In this document: positions 28,747-37,226 of the stretch, in pieces
Numbering within the stretch: the first letter of the stretch is position 1
Layout: each line of letters begins with the position of its first letter
IMG/VR virus record: IMGVR_UViG_3300027896_000023
Span: 20,166 to 84,165 of that record
Source: a virus
Reading direction: 5' to 3' (one strand)
Length of the DNA: 64,000 nt
Position numbers and translations under genes: made by a program
The notes under the pieces: generated by a model
What the model saw: the letters and a program-made list of their open reading frames with translations, nothing else
What the model was told of the DNA's origin: nothing
The model's database searches: none

Positions 28747-29201
28747 TGCCACTGCTTGGATTCTCGGTCTTCATTGACAAGGTAGAAGCTGGCTTACGTG
28801 GTGAACCTGCACCTGTAGGCAAACGCCAAACTATACGAAAAGTAAGAAAACTCAAAGGTAAATTTCACCCAATCAAAGTCTGCGACAAACTCTACCTATA
28901 CACAGGATTACGCACCAAACACTGCCGTAAACTAGGCGAAGCTGTCTGTAATGAAGCATACTTTATTTTCATAGACTGCAATGGCCCAGGCATGGAAACC
29001 AAAGTTTTCGAAGTAAACAAAAAATCGCTACCAGAAATGGTGTACAGCACACCAAGGTTCCATAAGCTTACAGCAGCAGAAGGCAACAGCTTAGCAATAC
29101 GAGATGGCTTCAAAGATGCATGTGAAATGCTTACCTGGTTCATGCGAACTCATGGCAATCATGGGGCATTACATGAAGTCTTTCAGGTGATCCGGTGGTA
29201 A
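28746..29201 (+). CDS. ASCH-domain protein
   Basis: GKRQTIR, LYLYTGLRTK.C..LG, AIRDGF, VIRW. Confidence 0.8.
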   Translation: MPLLGFSVFIDKVEAGLRGEPAPVGKRQTIRKVRKLKGKFHPIKVCDKLYLYTGLRTKHCRKLGEAVCNEAYFIFIDCNGPGMETKVFEVNKKSLPEMVYSTPRFHKLTAAEGNSLAIRDGFKDACEMLTWFMRTHGNHGALHEVFQVIRW

Positions 29202-29342
29202 ACTGTGAGTGGTTCATCACAGCTGGAGAAGAGAAAGGTGGATGCAACGAACCCGACGTTCGCGGAGGGCTACATGCCCCGCTTTGCGGCGTCGTTAAAC
29301 CAACAGATTGTGGCGTGTATAAAGTAAAAGAGAAGAAAAAGA

Positions 29343-30356
29343 ATGAACGAAAAAGAAACAAAACCAGATCCCAAACAAGAAACACTACAGACAGTAGTGG
29401 CACCCGAAAAGAAAGAGGAGACCGCAGCACTGTCAAGCAGTGCAACAGTAAAGGAAAAAGAAAGAGAAGTACCACCAAAAATGCTGCAGCCAAAGATGAC
29501 GCCCACAAGAATCATAGTGACCATGGGAAGAACCATACCGGGACCAAGCCAGTACACCAGCGAAAGAATAGATTACACTGTAGAAGTAGACCTAGACCCG
29601 CCAAGATACGCAGTCATCGGACACCCGCTTCCAGACATGATGGCGTTCCTGGAAGAAGCACGCAAGCAACTAACCGAAAGAATGGCAACATGGCTACCGA
29701 AGCTACCCGATCCACCAAAGCAACCAGAAGCACCCAAGCCTGCATCAACAGCTACACCTGCAGCAACAACAGCTTTCCTAGACCAAACCCTTCCATTCGC
29801 AGACGCAGTAAAACAAAGAGTCATAGCTGACCTCGTAGGCACGGACGTCGCAGAAAAGATACAGTTTGAATTAGACAGACAAGGAAACGTACTCATAGAA
29901 CCAACAGCATTTCTCGGCAGCGAACGGTTCAAATCAATAGTAAACATCGTGAATGCATTCAAGAACAAAGACTTCAAAACAGATTACGTCGGCGAAGGAC
30001 AGAAGAAACATTGGATCATCTTCAACCCGAAACCAACCAATGGACAGACAGCATCGTCAACACAAGGACAACCTACAGGTGCATCTACGCCACCGGGCAC
30101 GCTTGATCCGGAGGAACTAAACAAGCTACCCTGGAAAGCCTATCATGGCAGTGACGCATCTAAAGCAGGTTGGATCTTCGTTAATGCCCCAGGAGCTGAA
30201 TCACTCTACACAATGTTGAAGCAGCAACGTGATGAACAACATATCGAAGAAGTCCCTGTGCTTATGGGTGCAACAATGTATGACTGCAAAATCGGCAAAG
30301 ATAAAGAGAAGATTACTGAAGACAAATTCATCAGCCGCACCATCCAGAAGAAGTAA
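29343..30356 (+). CDS. Hypothetical multi-domain protein with Pro-rich linkers
   Basis: 337-aa ORF with typical codon usage. Confidence 0.75.
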   Translation: MNEKETKPDPKQETLQTVVAPEKKEETAALSSSATVKEKEREVPPKMLQPKMTPTRIIVTMGRTIPGPSQYTSERIDYTVEVDLDPPRYAVIGHPLPDMMAFLEEARKQLTERMATWLPKLPDPPKQPEAPKPASTATPAATTAFLDQTLPFADAVKQRVIADLVGTDVAEKIQFELDRQGNVLIEPTAFLGSERFKSIVNIVNAFKNKDFKTDYVGEGQKKHWIIFNPKPTNGQTASSTQGQPTGASTPPGTLDPEELNKLPWKAYHGSDASKAGWIFVNAPGAESLYTMLKQQRDEQHIEEVPVLMGATMYDCKIGKDKEKITEDKFISRTIQKK

Positions 30357-30358
30357 AC

Positions 30359-30592
30359 TTGAAACAATCTGACTTCTACAAGCCATGCTTTGGCAAATAT
30401 AAATGCTGGAACCAAGTGAAAGCAAAATGCCCGGATGCAGTTGCATGTCGACTGAAACGTATAGCTGAAGATCAGAAGTTAATAGGAGCAGGGCAGCAAC
30501 ACCCGTGTTGCAAAAAACTGCGGATGTTGCCGCTGGAACTGGGGAGACTCGGATGCCCCTACCCTTTTTTATTACAGAGAATAATTTGGTGA
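30359..30592 (+). CDS. Small Cys-rich protein
   Basis: PCFGKY..C..C...C motif. Confidence 0.5.
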   Translation: MKQSDFYKPCFGKYKCWNQVKAKCPDAVACRLKRIAEDQKLIGAGQQHPCCKKLRMLPLELGRLGCPYPFLLQRIIW

Positions 30593-30597
30593 CTGAA

Positions 30598-30936
30598 ATG
30601 AAGCTGTATGCGTTTATGTATCGTTCTGTGGGTTGGAAGCCTCTGGTTATTTTGGCTACAGCTGTAGCTTTTCTGCAGTTTGCTGATATGGTAAGCACCG
30701 CAATCGGGTTGTCTCGTGGTGCTGTTGAACTGAATCCTTTAGGATTTATTCCGTTGTTAAAACTGGCTTCAGCTTTCGTTCTGTTTGCAGCAGTTGTTCT
30801 GCTTTATCATGAATCTGAAAAGGAAAAGAAGTATTGGGCACAATGGGTGATGCTAATTTTTTTGGTAACAATAATTGTGTGCCTGGTCTTTGTTGTGATT
30901 AATAATTTACTCGTGATACATAGTTACAGTATATAG
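30598..30936 (+). CDS. DUF5658-like membrane protein
   Basis: D..ST.IGL..GAVELNPL...K...V.NN; three TM segments. Confidence 0.7.
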   Translation: MKLYAFMYRSVGWKPLVILATAVAFLQFADMVSTAIGLSRGAVELNPLGFIPLLKLASAFVLFAAVVLLYHESEKEKKYWAQWVMLIFLVTIIVCLVFVVINNLLVIHSYSI

Positions 30937-30964
30937 ATAAAATATCTATTTTACGTATATATTA

Positions 30965-31282
30965 TCAATCTCTAAGGATACCAGTCCAGACTGGTTGATT
31001 GAAAATTGCGCTTATTCTGTTGAGTTTATTGCATTTGTACTGTCGACATAGAGTCGGTTGATGCTTGTAATTTGTGCAGTATCCAAAAGCTGAGAAGCTG
31101 CAGCAGCCGTGACCGTATTGTCTCCAGGGTTTATCTATGATTGCAGTGTTGGTTTTCACACCGTCTTTTAGTAGGCGTTTGAAACGGAACATGTAAACGT
31201 AGTTGGTGCTTCCGCAGCAGGCGCCTCGGCAGATCCCAACACACAGCAATATGGAGATACAGCTGTAGATAAAACGCTTCAA
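30965..31282 (-). CDS. YkgJ-like cysteine-cluster protein
   Basis: C...C..ACC...CSF...CTNY..QP.LCRQYKC. Confidence 0.55.
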   Translation of the reverse strand: MKRFIYSCISILLCVGICRGACCGSTNYVYMFRFKRLLKDGVKTNTAIIDKPWRQYGHGCCSFSAFGYCTNYKHQPTLCRQYKCNKLNRISAIFNQPVWTGILRD

Positions 31283-31791
31283 GTGTCGTCACCTTTCTGG
31301 AAGCAGAACCACCATGTTTGGCTACGTGGCTGTGTGGATCCGCGTCGACGTACTCCTCGTGAACCGCCAACGATGGATCCGAACTTGTATTGTACCGGGA
31401 ACAACGCCAGCACTTTCTTAGCTGGTATGTGGTTGTCGTTCCATTTGAAGAGTAATACACCTGTAGGTTTCAGCACCCTCCAGATCTCCAGGAACGCCAG
31501 GGCGAGATCACGTGGCCAGGTTTCACGCTGCAGCAGCCCGAACTTTTCTGTCATGAAACTGGGTTTACCTTCTACCGTGTAGACCATGTGAGGCGGATCC
31601 CAGTTTACCGTTTGGAAGGTTCCAGATGCAAAAGGCAGATAGGCCCACACGGCAACAATGTCCGGGTGCACCTCTCGGCGTTGATCCATGAACACTGCAG
31701 CAGGATCATGTTTGTCACGCCACATTGCCCTGTAACTACAGGCGCAGTCTAGGATCTTGGGGTTAGCGCCAAAAGACGCTGAGTCACCCAG
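31279..31791 (-). CDS. Small DNA amino-methyltransferase (DPPH type); probable CTG start
   Basis: In-frame extension KILDCACSYRAMW upstream of the track ATG; WDPPH; WRVLKP.G.LLFKWN. Confidence 0.8.
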   Translation of the reverse strand: MGDSASFGANPKILDCACSYRAMWRDKHDPAAVFMDQRREVHPDIVAVWAYLPFASGTFQTVNWDPPHMVYTVEGKPSFMTEKFGLLQRETWPRDLALAFLEIWRVLKPTGVLLFKWNDNHIPAKKVLALFPVQYKFGSIVGGSRGVRRRGSTQPRSQTWWFCFQKGDDT

Positions 31792-31945
31792 GGGTGTGCA
31801 ACTCCTGTTTTTCGTTTTCTTTCAGCCGTTGCAAACCATATTCAACTGCATGTGTTAAGCTTGCAAATCGTTTCAGATCAACCATTTTATCTACCCATAC
31901 AATCAATTCTGAATCTAAGGCAATGCTGGTTTTCTTTTTACTCAT
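31784..31945 (-). CDS. Ribbon-helix-helix regulator
   Basis: KKTSIALDSEL..WVD..V...FASLTHAVEYGL. Confidence 0.8.
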   Translation of the reverse strand: MSKKKTSIALDSELIVWVDKMVDLKRFASLTHAVEYGLQRLKENEKQELHTPG

Positions 31946-32126
31946 TGAACTCAACCTTGTCAAAAACTTGTAGATCCCAGCGAACAACTATCATGCCGCC
32001 GAAGCGAGATACTCCAGTTGACTTGAAGCCTTTAGATCGTAGCTTCCGGGCTTTCACTGCGAAGATGTCTTTTGTTGGTTTGCAGGTTATGTCGTAACGT
32101 AGAAGCTTCATGAATCTACTCATCAT
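31938..32126 (-). CDS. Hypothetical basic protein
   Basis: ORF, coupled to neighbours. Confidence 0.5.
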   Translation of the reverse strand: MMSRFMKLLRYDITCKPTKDIFAVKARKLRSKGFKSTGVSRFGGMIVVRWDLQVFDKVEFNE

Positions 32127-32320
32127 TCTTCACCTGTAGCAAACTCTATGTCTCCGTCTTCACATGGGCTTGGGCAGGTTCTGCAGTCCTCAATTTTATA
32201 GGTATCCATATCGTCACAGGGAACCTTCACTGGCTGGTCACCATACACGTTTGTTCGTGCTTTTCGTAGGGCCTGAACTCGCTTGAGTAAGTTATCTTTC
32301 TCAGTCCAGAAGTTACTCAT
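32123..32320 (-). CDS. Small Cys-containing protein
   Basis: ORF, coupled to neighbours. Confidence 0.55.
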   Translation of the reverse strand: MSNFWTEKDNLLKRVQALRKARTNVYGDQPVKVPCDDMDTYKIEDCRTCPSPCEDGDIEFATGEE

Positions 32321-32913
32321 TGTGGTTTCCTCTCAAAAATTACAGCGAAGTTAGTTATGCCGTCTGTTTCTTTTTTTATTTGAGACCCAAAGATTTTGAA
32401 TTTATGCATGGTGAATTGGGTTTTCCACCAGGAGTCAGGTAGAATACTAACATGTGATCCATCTCGACCGTTGTCGATTATTGGAACTTGCACCAATATA
32501 TTGCGCTTAGCTATCCTGCAGATATGATCTATTGTTTTTGGGAGTTTCGTTTTCTCAATGTGTTCCAGAACATCTACAGCTGTAACTAAATCAAACTCGC
32601 GGTCTTTGTAGTCGCCCAGGCAAACTGTGATGTCACCCTGTTTTAGAAACTGCTTGACCTGTGAATCACCATGTTCAATTGCCCATGTGCTGATGTCAAT
32701 ACCGTATGACTCTATTCCCAGATTGCGGAGTGCACGTGTGAAGTATCCTCTGGCGCAGCCAAGTTCAAGTGTTGTTTTAGGATGTAACCAATTGAATGTT
32801 GTTTTAGCCATTGGTTCAAGACGAAGCATCTGTATATCTGTATATGGAAAGTATACTCCACCGTAACCGCTTTTGTTGCCAGTCATGTAGTAGTCTTCAT
32901 CGTAGTAACTCAT
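32317..32913 (-). CDS. Class I SAM-dependent methyltransferase
   Basis: LELGCARG, GIDIS, FDLV...DVLEHI. Confidence 0.9.
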   Translation of the reverse strand: MSYYDEDYYMTGNKSGYGGVYFPYTDIQMLRLEPMAKTTFNWLHPKTTLELGCARGYFTRALRNLGIESYGIDISTWAIEHGDSQVKQFLKQGDITVCLGDYKDREFDLVTAVDVLEHIEKTKLPKTIDHICRIAKRNILVQVPIIDNGRDGSHVSILPDSWWKTQFTMHKFKIFGSQIKKETDGITNFAVIFERKPQ

Positions 32914-33521
32914 CGCCATCCATACCTCGCAAAACTATCTATCGATCGACTGCCTTCATTCATTCCAGTTAACCAGGATCTAGGAACAAGTATGAATGGA
33001 TCACCACTTGCTTCAGGACGCGGCTGCAGAGATACAGTCTCGAATGGCACTCGTGGAAAATTCAAATGAAGCGTCTGCATCATTTGCCTTTCAAAGTAAA
33101 TCTCATGGTTTTTCGGTACAAGTATTTTGCAGAGATCACAGAACGGTTGGCGATCGGGCCTGATTAGGAACATGCCAAGTTTCGGATCGTCAACAACGTA
33201 GAGGTAACGCACATTGATTTTTTGAAGATGCCTAGCGATAAACCAGGGGATTGCTTCAACAGAGAAGTTGCCTGTTGAGTCTGCTGTTCTCGTGCAGTCT
33301 TTACATTCTAGAAGGTAGCATTCAGCGCCGCCTCGTGTGGCCAAGTAATCTGGTCTGGTTCGCACGTATAAGCTGGTGCTGTCGTAGACGCCTTGTAATG
33401 CTTCAACTACAGGTGTAGGATAATGTTCAACTCCGAATGGAGTTATGGTCCACCCGGCATCTGATAAGGCGTGAACCAGTTTGTCAGCTGTCGACGTGAA
33501 GTCTTCAGGTCTAAACGTCAA
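32910..33521 (-). CDS. PD-(D/E)XK restriction-endonuclease-like protein
   Basis: FGVEH, RTRPDYL...LLECKD, SGDPF; adjacent to the DNA methyltransferase. Confidence 0.6.
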   Translation of the reverse strand: MTFRPEDFTSTADKLVHALSDAGWTITPFGVEHYPTPVVEALQGVYDSTSLYVRTRPDYLATRGGAECYLLECKDCTRTADSTGNFSVEAIPWFIARHLQKINVRYLYVVDDPKLGMFLIRPDRQPFCDLCKILVPKNHEIYFERQMMQTLHLNFPRVPFETVSLQPRPEASGDPFILVPRSWLTGMNEGSRSIDSFARYGWR

Positions 33522-34722
33522 GATTACTCAGCCTCTGCTGCATTGTTTTGAATGTGTCAGAGTTCTGTTCGATACCTATAGATTTGCGTTTCAATCGTTT
33601 AGCTGCAGCAAGTGTTGTACCTGATCCAGCGCATGGATCTAAGATTACTCCGTTGGGTGGACAAAAGGTTCTGATGATGTGGTCAAGTTCTGCTTCTGCC
33701 TGTTGCCATTCATGGTGATTCTTTTCTAAGCCTGCACCGTTGATGACGTCGCCGAAGTAATCTGGCAAACTCAATGGCGGTTTATAGAACACTATGATAG
33801 GTTTCCAATCGCAGAATACGTGTCTCGAATGAACCAGAACATGTTGTTGCTGTGTGAGGGCAATGATCCAGAAATACTCCAGGTGTTTCTTCATCATCTC
33901 CAGAACAGTTGGCAAATAAAAGTGACCGCAATACGTCACTAAATATCCACCTGGTACCAAGACTCGTTTAGCAAACACCGCCAGGTCTTCCCACAGAGAC
34001 AGGTATTCTCCCATATATGGTGGGTCTGTTAAGACCAGCTGCACGCTATCGTCTGCTACCCCGGCTGTTCGGAAGTCTCCCAGCATCAAACTTATGTCAT
34101 CAGGCATCTTTTTTTTAATTTCTGCTAAGGAGTCATTTTTGGTTTCTTGTCGTTCTTTTTCGGTAACTATGTTGTATGCTGATCCGATAGTTCGTTTGCC
34201 ATTCTCAAGTTCTTTTATAGTGTGGGCATCGGCGTTCTTTCGGATCTTGATAACTCGTGCTACTGTTCGTGGGCTAACACCTGATTGCTGGGCTATGATC
34301 TCGTTAACTTGGAAGTTACCATCTTTGCCATTTGGCACACGTGGTTTAAACTGTCCTGTACCGTCGTCTCTTTCATGTTGTAACCGGGCTTTTTCCCGGT
34401 AGATCTCCAACCTTAAACATTCCAAGCTGACTCTTTGGAAATCATTTAGATGCCGACGTTTCAAGTTGACGTCAAGAATATACAGCTTGGTGTCAAGTTC
34501 ACTGTCGAAATGTTTGACGGTGATTTTGTCGTCAGGGATAGTTTGGTTTAGTTCACTGCAGATTTGCAATCGTGTGTGACCATCGATAACCGTCCCATCT
34601 TCCAACGCTTCCAAGTTAGACATCAAACCGTCGATCATTACGCTTAGTTTCAAAGCGTCATACTGTTCTTTTACTGGACGTGGCACAAGCGCCAAGTATT
34701 CGGGGTTTACTTTAAGTTGCAT
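33511..34722 (-). CDS. ParB/Srx-like N-domain, HTH and N6/N4 DNA methyltransferase fusion
   Basis: VIDGHTRL, N..RRHLN, HTH IAQQSGVSPRTVAR, LTDPPY, ILDPCAGSGTT. Confidence 0.9.
   Translation of the reverse strand: MQLKVNPEYLALVPRPVKEQYDALKLSVMIDGLMSNLEALEDGTVIDGHTRLQICSELNQTIPDDKITVKHFDSELDTKLYILDVNLKRRHLNDFQRVSLECLRLEIYREKARLQHERDDGTGQFKPRVPNGKDGNFQVNEIIAQQSGVSPRTVARVIKIRKNADAHTIKELENGKRTIGSAYNIVTEKERQETKNDSLAEIKKKMPDDISLMLGDFRTAGVADDSVQLVLTDPPYMGEYLSLWEDLAVFAKRVLVPGGYLVTYCGHFYLPTVLEMMKKHLEYFWIIALTQQQHVLVHSRHVFCDWKPIIVFYKPPLSLPDYFGDVINGAGLEKNHHEWQQAEAELDHIIRTFCPPNGVILDPCAGSGTTLAAAKRLKRKSIGIEQNSDTFKTMQQRLSNLDV
34319..34344. promoter_or_regulatory. 26-bp palindromic site, copy 2, inside the ParB-methyltransferase gene
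   Basis: CCATCTTTGCCATTTGGCACACGTGG, in the linker just before the HTH codons. Confidence 0.6.
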
Positions 34723-35061
34723 CTACATTTCTCCTACAAAGTCTTGTATTTGATTTGTTACTTTCTCCAGTTCCGCTTCAGTAAGCGGAGGATTATATGT
34801 TATACGCAATACACTCCAGCCTCTTATCTCAAGCAAATTCTTGATTTCTTCATCATACTCCTGCTTCTGCTGGTGCACCTGTTGACCATCAAGGTAAACA
34901 ACTTTACGTTTTTCATTCCACATAAAATCAGGGATAGTTAATTTAAGAACCACCGGCTGCTGAGTCACCATGCCTTTCGTTAATCCACGTTTGCTAAGTT
35001 CCTGGAACACTTGGATCTCTGCCTTGCTTACCGAAGGATGCATGTTTTTCTTATAGGACAT
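34723..35061 (-). CDS. DUF559/Vsr-like endonuclease
   Basis: SKAE...PDF....VVYLDG..H...D...L..RGWSVLRI. Confidence 0.8.
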   Translation of the reverse strand: MSYKKNMHPSVSKAEIQVFQELSKRGLTKGMVTQQPVVLKLTIPDFMWNEKRKVVYLDGQQVHQQKQEYDEEIKNLLEIRGWSVLRITYNPPLTEAELEKVTNQIQDFVGEM

Positions 35062-35427
35062 TTAATACATTTGTCCTGGCTGTGGGTTCTGGATGTTCCA
35101 ACGTTTCTGCCTGGCAGATTCAACTACTCGACGTAGTTGTTCTGTGAACTCTGCATCTTTCAGCAAAGCAGCTGTATCTTCCAGTTTCTTTAGGTAAGGC
35201 TGCACCCAGTCGACGTCAATGATAACATTTGGAGGAGTAACAAGCACAACGTATTGTGGTTCGTTGCCTGTACTTTTCAAAGCATCCTCCAGTTTTTGCA
35301 CCAGCTTGTTGGCTTCTTCTTGCTGCAGTGTATCGTTTAGAATGCGTACGTGGATAACTCGTATGTCTTTACGAATTACGCCAGTGTTTGGATCTCGAAG
35401 AGAATGCCCTTTGTTGTTGTCACTCAT
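35062..35427 (-). CDS. Hypothetical protein
   Basis: ORF abutting the next gene. Confidence 0.65.
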   Translation of the reverse strand: MSDNNKGHSLRDPNTGVIRKDIRVIHVRILNDTLQQEEANKLVQKLEDALKSTGNEPQYVVLVTPPNVIIDVDWVQPYLKKLEDTAALLKDAEFTEQLRRVVESARQKRWNIQNPQPGQMY

Positions 35428-35808
35428 CTTGATCTATTCTCCATCGAACAAAAGTTGATTCAGACAAGTCTTTGTAGACGTCTTTCGCCTGGTCGCCTGT
35501 GATTCCGTTACCTTTTTCATCACTCATTATTTCTGCACCTGTAGTTATCTTGCCCCTACAACAGAGGCGCTCGTCAACACCTTGATGTATCAGAGTAAGC
35601 CTCGTATTTGCAGAGGTTTCAAGACTAAGTTAAAGTTGTACTTGTTTACCGCCTTTCTCAGCAACATACTCTTCTTCTTTCACAGCTGGAGTTGCTGGTA
35701 CAGAGGGCTCAAGGATTGTAGTTTTCTTCTTGATAATGACCGTTTGTCCGCAGCTGGGGCATTTGACATCGCAGATGTATTTTTCTCTTTTTATTGGTTT
35801 ATCCGGCA

Positions 35809-36135
35809 TTACTTCACCCCCTGTCTTTTCTTAAGAAAAGTGTTCACAAGATCCGCTGCTTTAGTGCGTAATGTGTTGGGTGGAGAATGAACGTACGCTT
35901 TAGAGACCACTACCTGTTCTGTCAGTAACCCGCCTGTTTCGCTTTTCTCCATTATAAATACAGCGACGTCGCCCTCCTGCATACCCAGGGCTTCAGACAA
36001 CTCGATTGTAGCTTTGTTCTTCTTATCTACAGGTGGAGGATTGTTGTCTTCGAAGAAGTTTGGTTTAGGATACTTTGCTTCAACCATTAAGTTGGCCCCC
36101 GCAATGCCTTCATTTTCATAGCTGTCAGCTGGCAC
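35809..36135 (-). CDS. Hypothetical protein
   Basis: ORF. Confidence 0.55.
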   Translation of the reverse strand: MPADSYENEGIAGANLMVEAKYPKPNFFEDNNPPPVDKKNKATIELSEALGMQEGDVAVFIMEKSETGGLLTEQVVVSKAYVHSPPNTLRTKAADLVNTFLKKRQGVK

Positions 36136-36479
36136 ACTATTGTGTCGCCGATTGTTGGTCTACCCATAGTTTCGTACTCGTCAGGCGGCATGTTAAAAAC
36201 TATTGTAGACGTCATGCATTCACGTCGCATCATACCTGGTCCGAAACTCAATATGCCCGGCGGCAACATTTTCTCAAAGGATTTTCCAATTTTTTCGGCT
36301 ACGAGGTCTTCATCAGTTTTAAAATTATCTTCTAAAGAATTTTTCTTTTCAAGTCCATTTTGAAGATGGCAATGAAGCATTATTTTTCCACAGTCGTTGC
36401 AGATGCCTGATCCTTTAACAGTGAATCGCATTGTTACTTTCATGGGCGTTTTCCTCCCATAGCTACATACTCTTGCCAT
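36087..36479 (-). CDS. Hypothetical protein (start probably ATG 36443)
   Basis: ORF with CxxC and EYE.MGRPTIGD. Confidence 0.6.
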   Translation of the reverse strand: MARVCSYGRKTPMKVTMRFTVKGSGICNDCGKIMLHCHLQNGLEKKNSLEDNFKTDEDLVAEKIGKSFEKMLPPGILSFGPGMMRRECMTSTIVFNMPPDEYETMGRPTIGDTIVCQLTAMKMKALRGPT

Positions 36480-36751
36480 TCAGCCTCAGTCTGTGGGCCC
36501 GCTGGTCCGAAGCGTTCAATTGCTTTTCTTGCAACCTCAAAAGGATTTGGTTTCTCTGGTGCAGCTGCTACGATTTCTCGTTCCATGTTAACGTAGAAAC
36601 TTATGGTTGTCTCGATTGTTCGGTCGTTTTCAATAGCTAGTTCTTTGCGGCATGGCCATTGACCTATAACAGCGTAGCCTTCTCGTGCACGCAAGTTCAG
36701 GTACTCTTCCAGTTTGGAAGCTTCAACAGATATGAATGAGTAGCCTTTCAC
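36440..36751 (-). CDS. Hypothetical protein
   Basis: GGAGGG RBS, GTG start. Confidence 0.6.
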   Translation of the reverse strand: MKGYSFISVEASKLEEYLNLRAREGYAVIGQWPCRKELAIENDRTIETTISFYVNMEREIVAAAPEKPNPFEVARKAIERFGPAGPQTEAEWQEYVAMGGKRP

Positions 36752-36753
36752 GT

Positions 36754-36882
36754 TTACCCCTCCTTTGTAACTAAAATAACAAGGTATTCAGGGATAGCAA
36801 CGTTCATTGCTTTCGCCTTTTTCTTGATTTGTTCAAAGAATTCTTGGCGAACTGTTATTGCTTTATAGCCTTTTCTTGGCAT
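36754..36882 (-). CDS. 42-aa RHH-like regulator (not in ORF track)
   Basis: MPRKGYKAITVRQEFFEQIKKKAKAMNVAIPEYL; first gene after a TATA plus operator. Confidence 0.7.
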   Translation of the reverse strand: MPRKGYKAITVRQEFFEQIKKKAKAMNVAIPEYLVILVTKEG

Positions 36883-36893
36883 AATCTCCCTCG

Positions 36894-36932
36894 TTGTACT
36901 GTACCGTTGTACAGTTCGCCTTATATATTTTT
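36894..36932 (-). promoter_or_regulatory. TATA box with GTAC-repeat operator
   Basis: AAAAATATATAAG...TGTACAACGGTACAGTACAA on the minus strand. Confidence 0.6.
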
Positions 36933-36935
36933 GGC

Positions 36936-37226
36936 TTAAGCAGTAACAAGCACGAATGAACCATCTTGTTTAGATGGACGACTTTCAAAAAGGGCAGAAA
37001 AAATATAGAAATACGTTCCTTTGGGTAACCCGCTTGTATCGAAATATGCTTGAAACGTGCCTGTCCGTATTTTTTCCACGATCAGATTTGTTTGAATTAC
37101 ACGTCCACGATTATCATGGACTTCGCATAAAGGTGTAGTGTCTGGATCCATAAGCTGGTTGCCTTCACTGAAGTATTGTGCTTCCAGAACTACGGTATCT
37201 CCAACTAAATAATCTGTCACATTCAT
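36936..37226 (-). CDS. Small Ig-like putative virion protein
   Basis: GDTV.L...DP....TGTFQAYF......GTY beta-sandwich pattern. Confidence 0.6.
   Translation of the reverse strand: MNVTDYLVGDTVVLEAQYFSEGNQLMDPDTTPLCEVHDNRGRVIQTNLIVEKIRTGTFQAYFDTSGLPKGTYFYIFSALFESRPSKQDGSFVLVTA

Noticed and set aside
29195-29830. 211-aa ORF overlapping 29343-30356
   Set aside because: Beyond a possible short Cys-rich 5' part, it is an Arg/Thr-rich off-frame read-through
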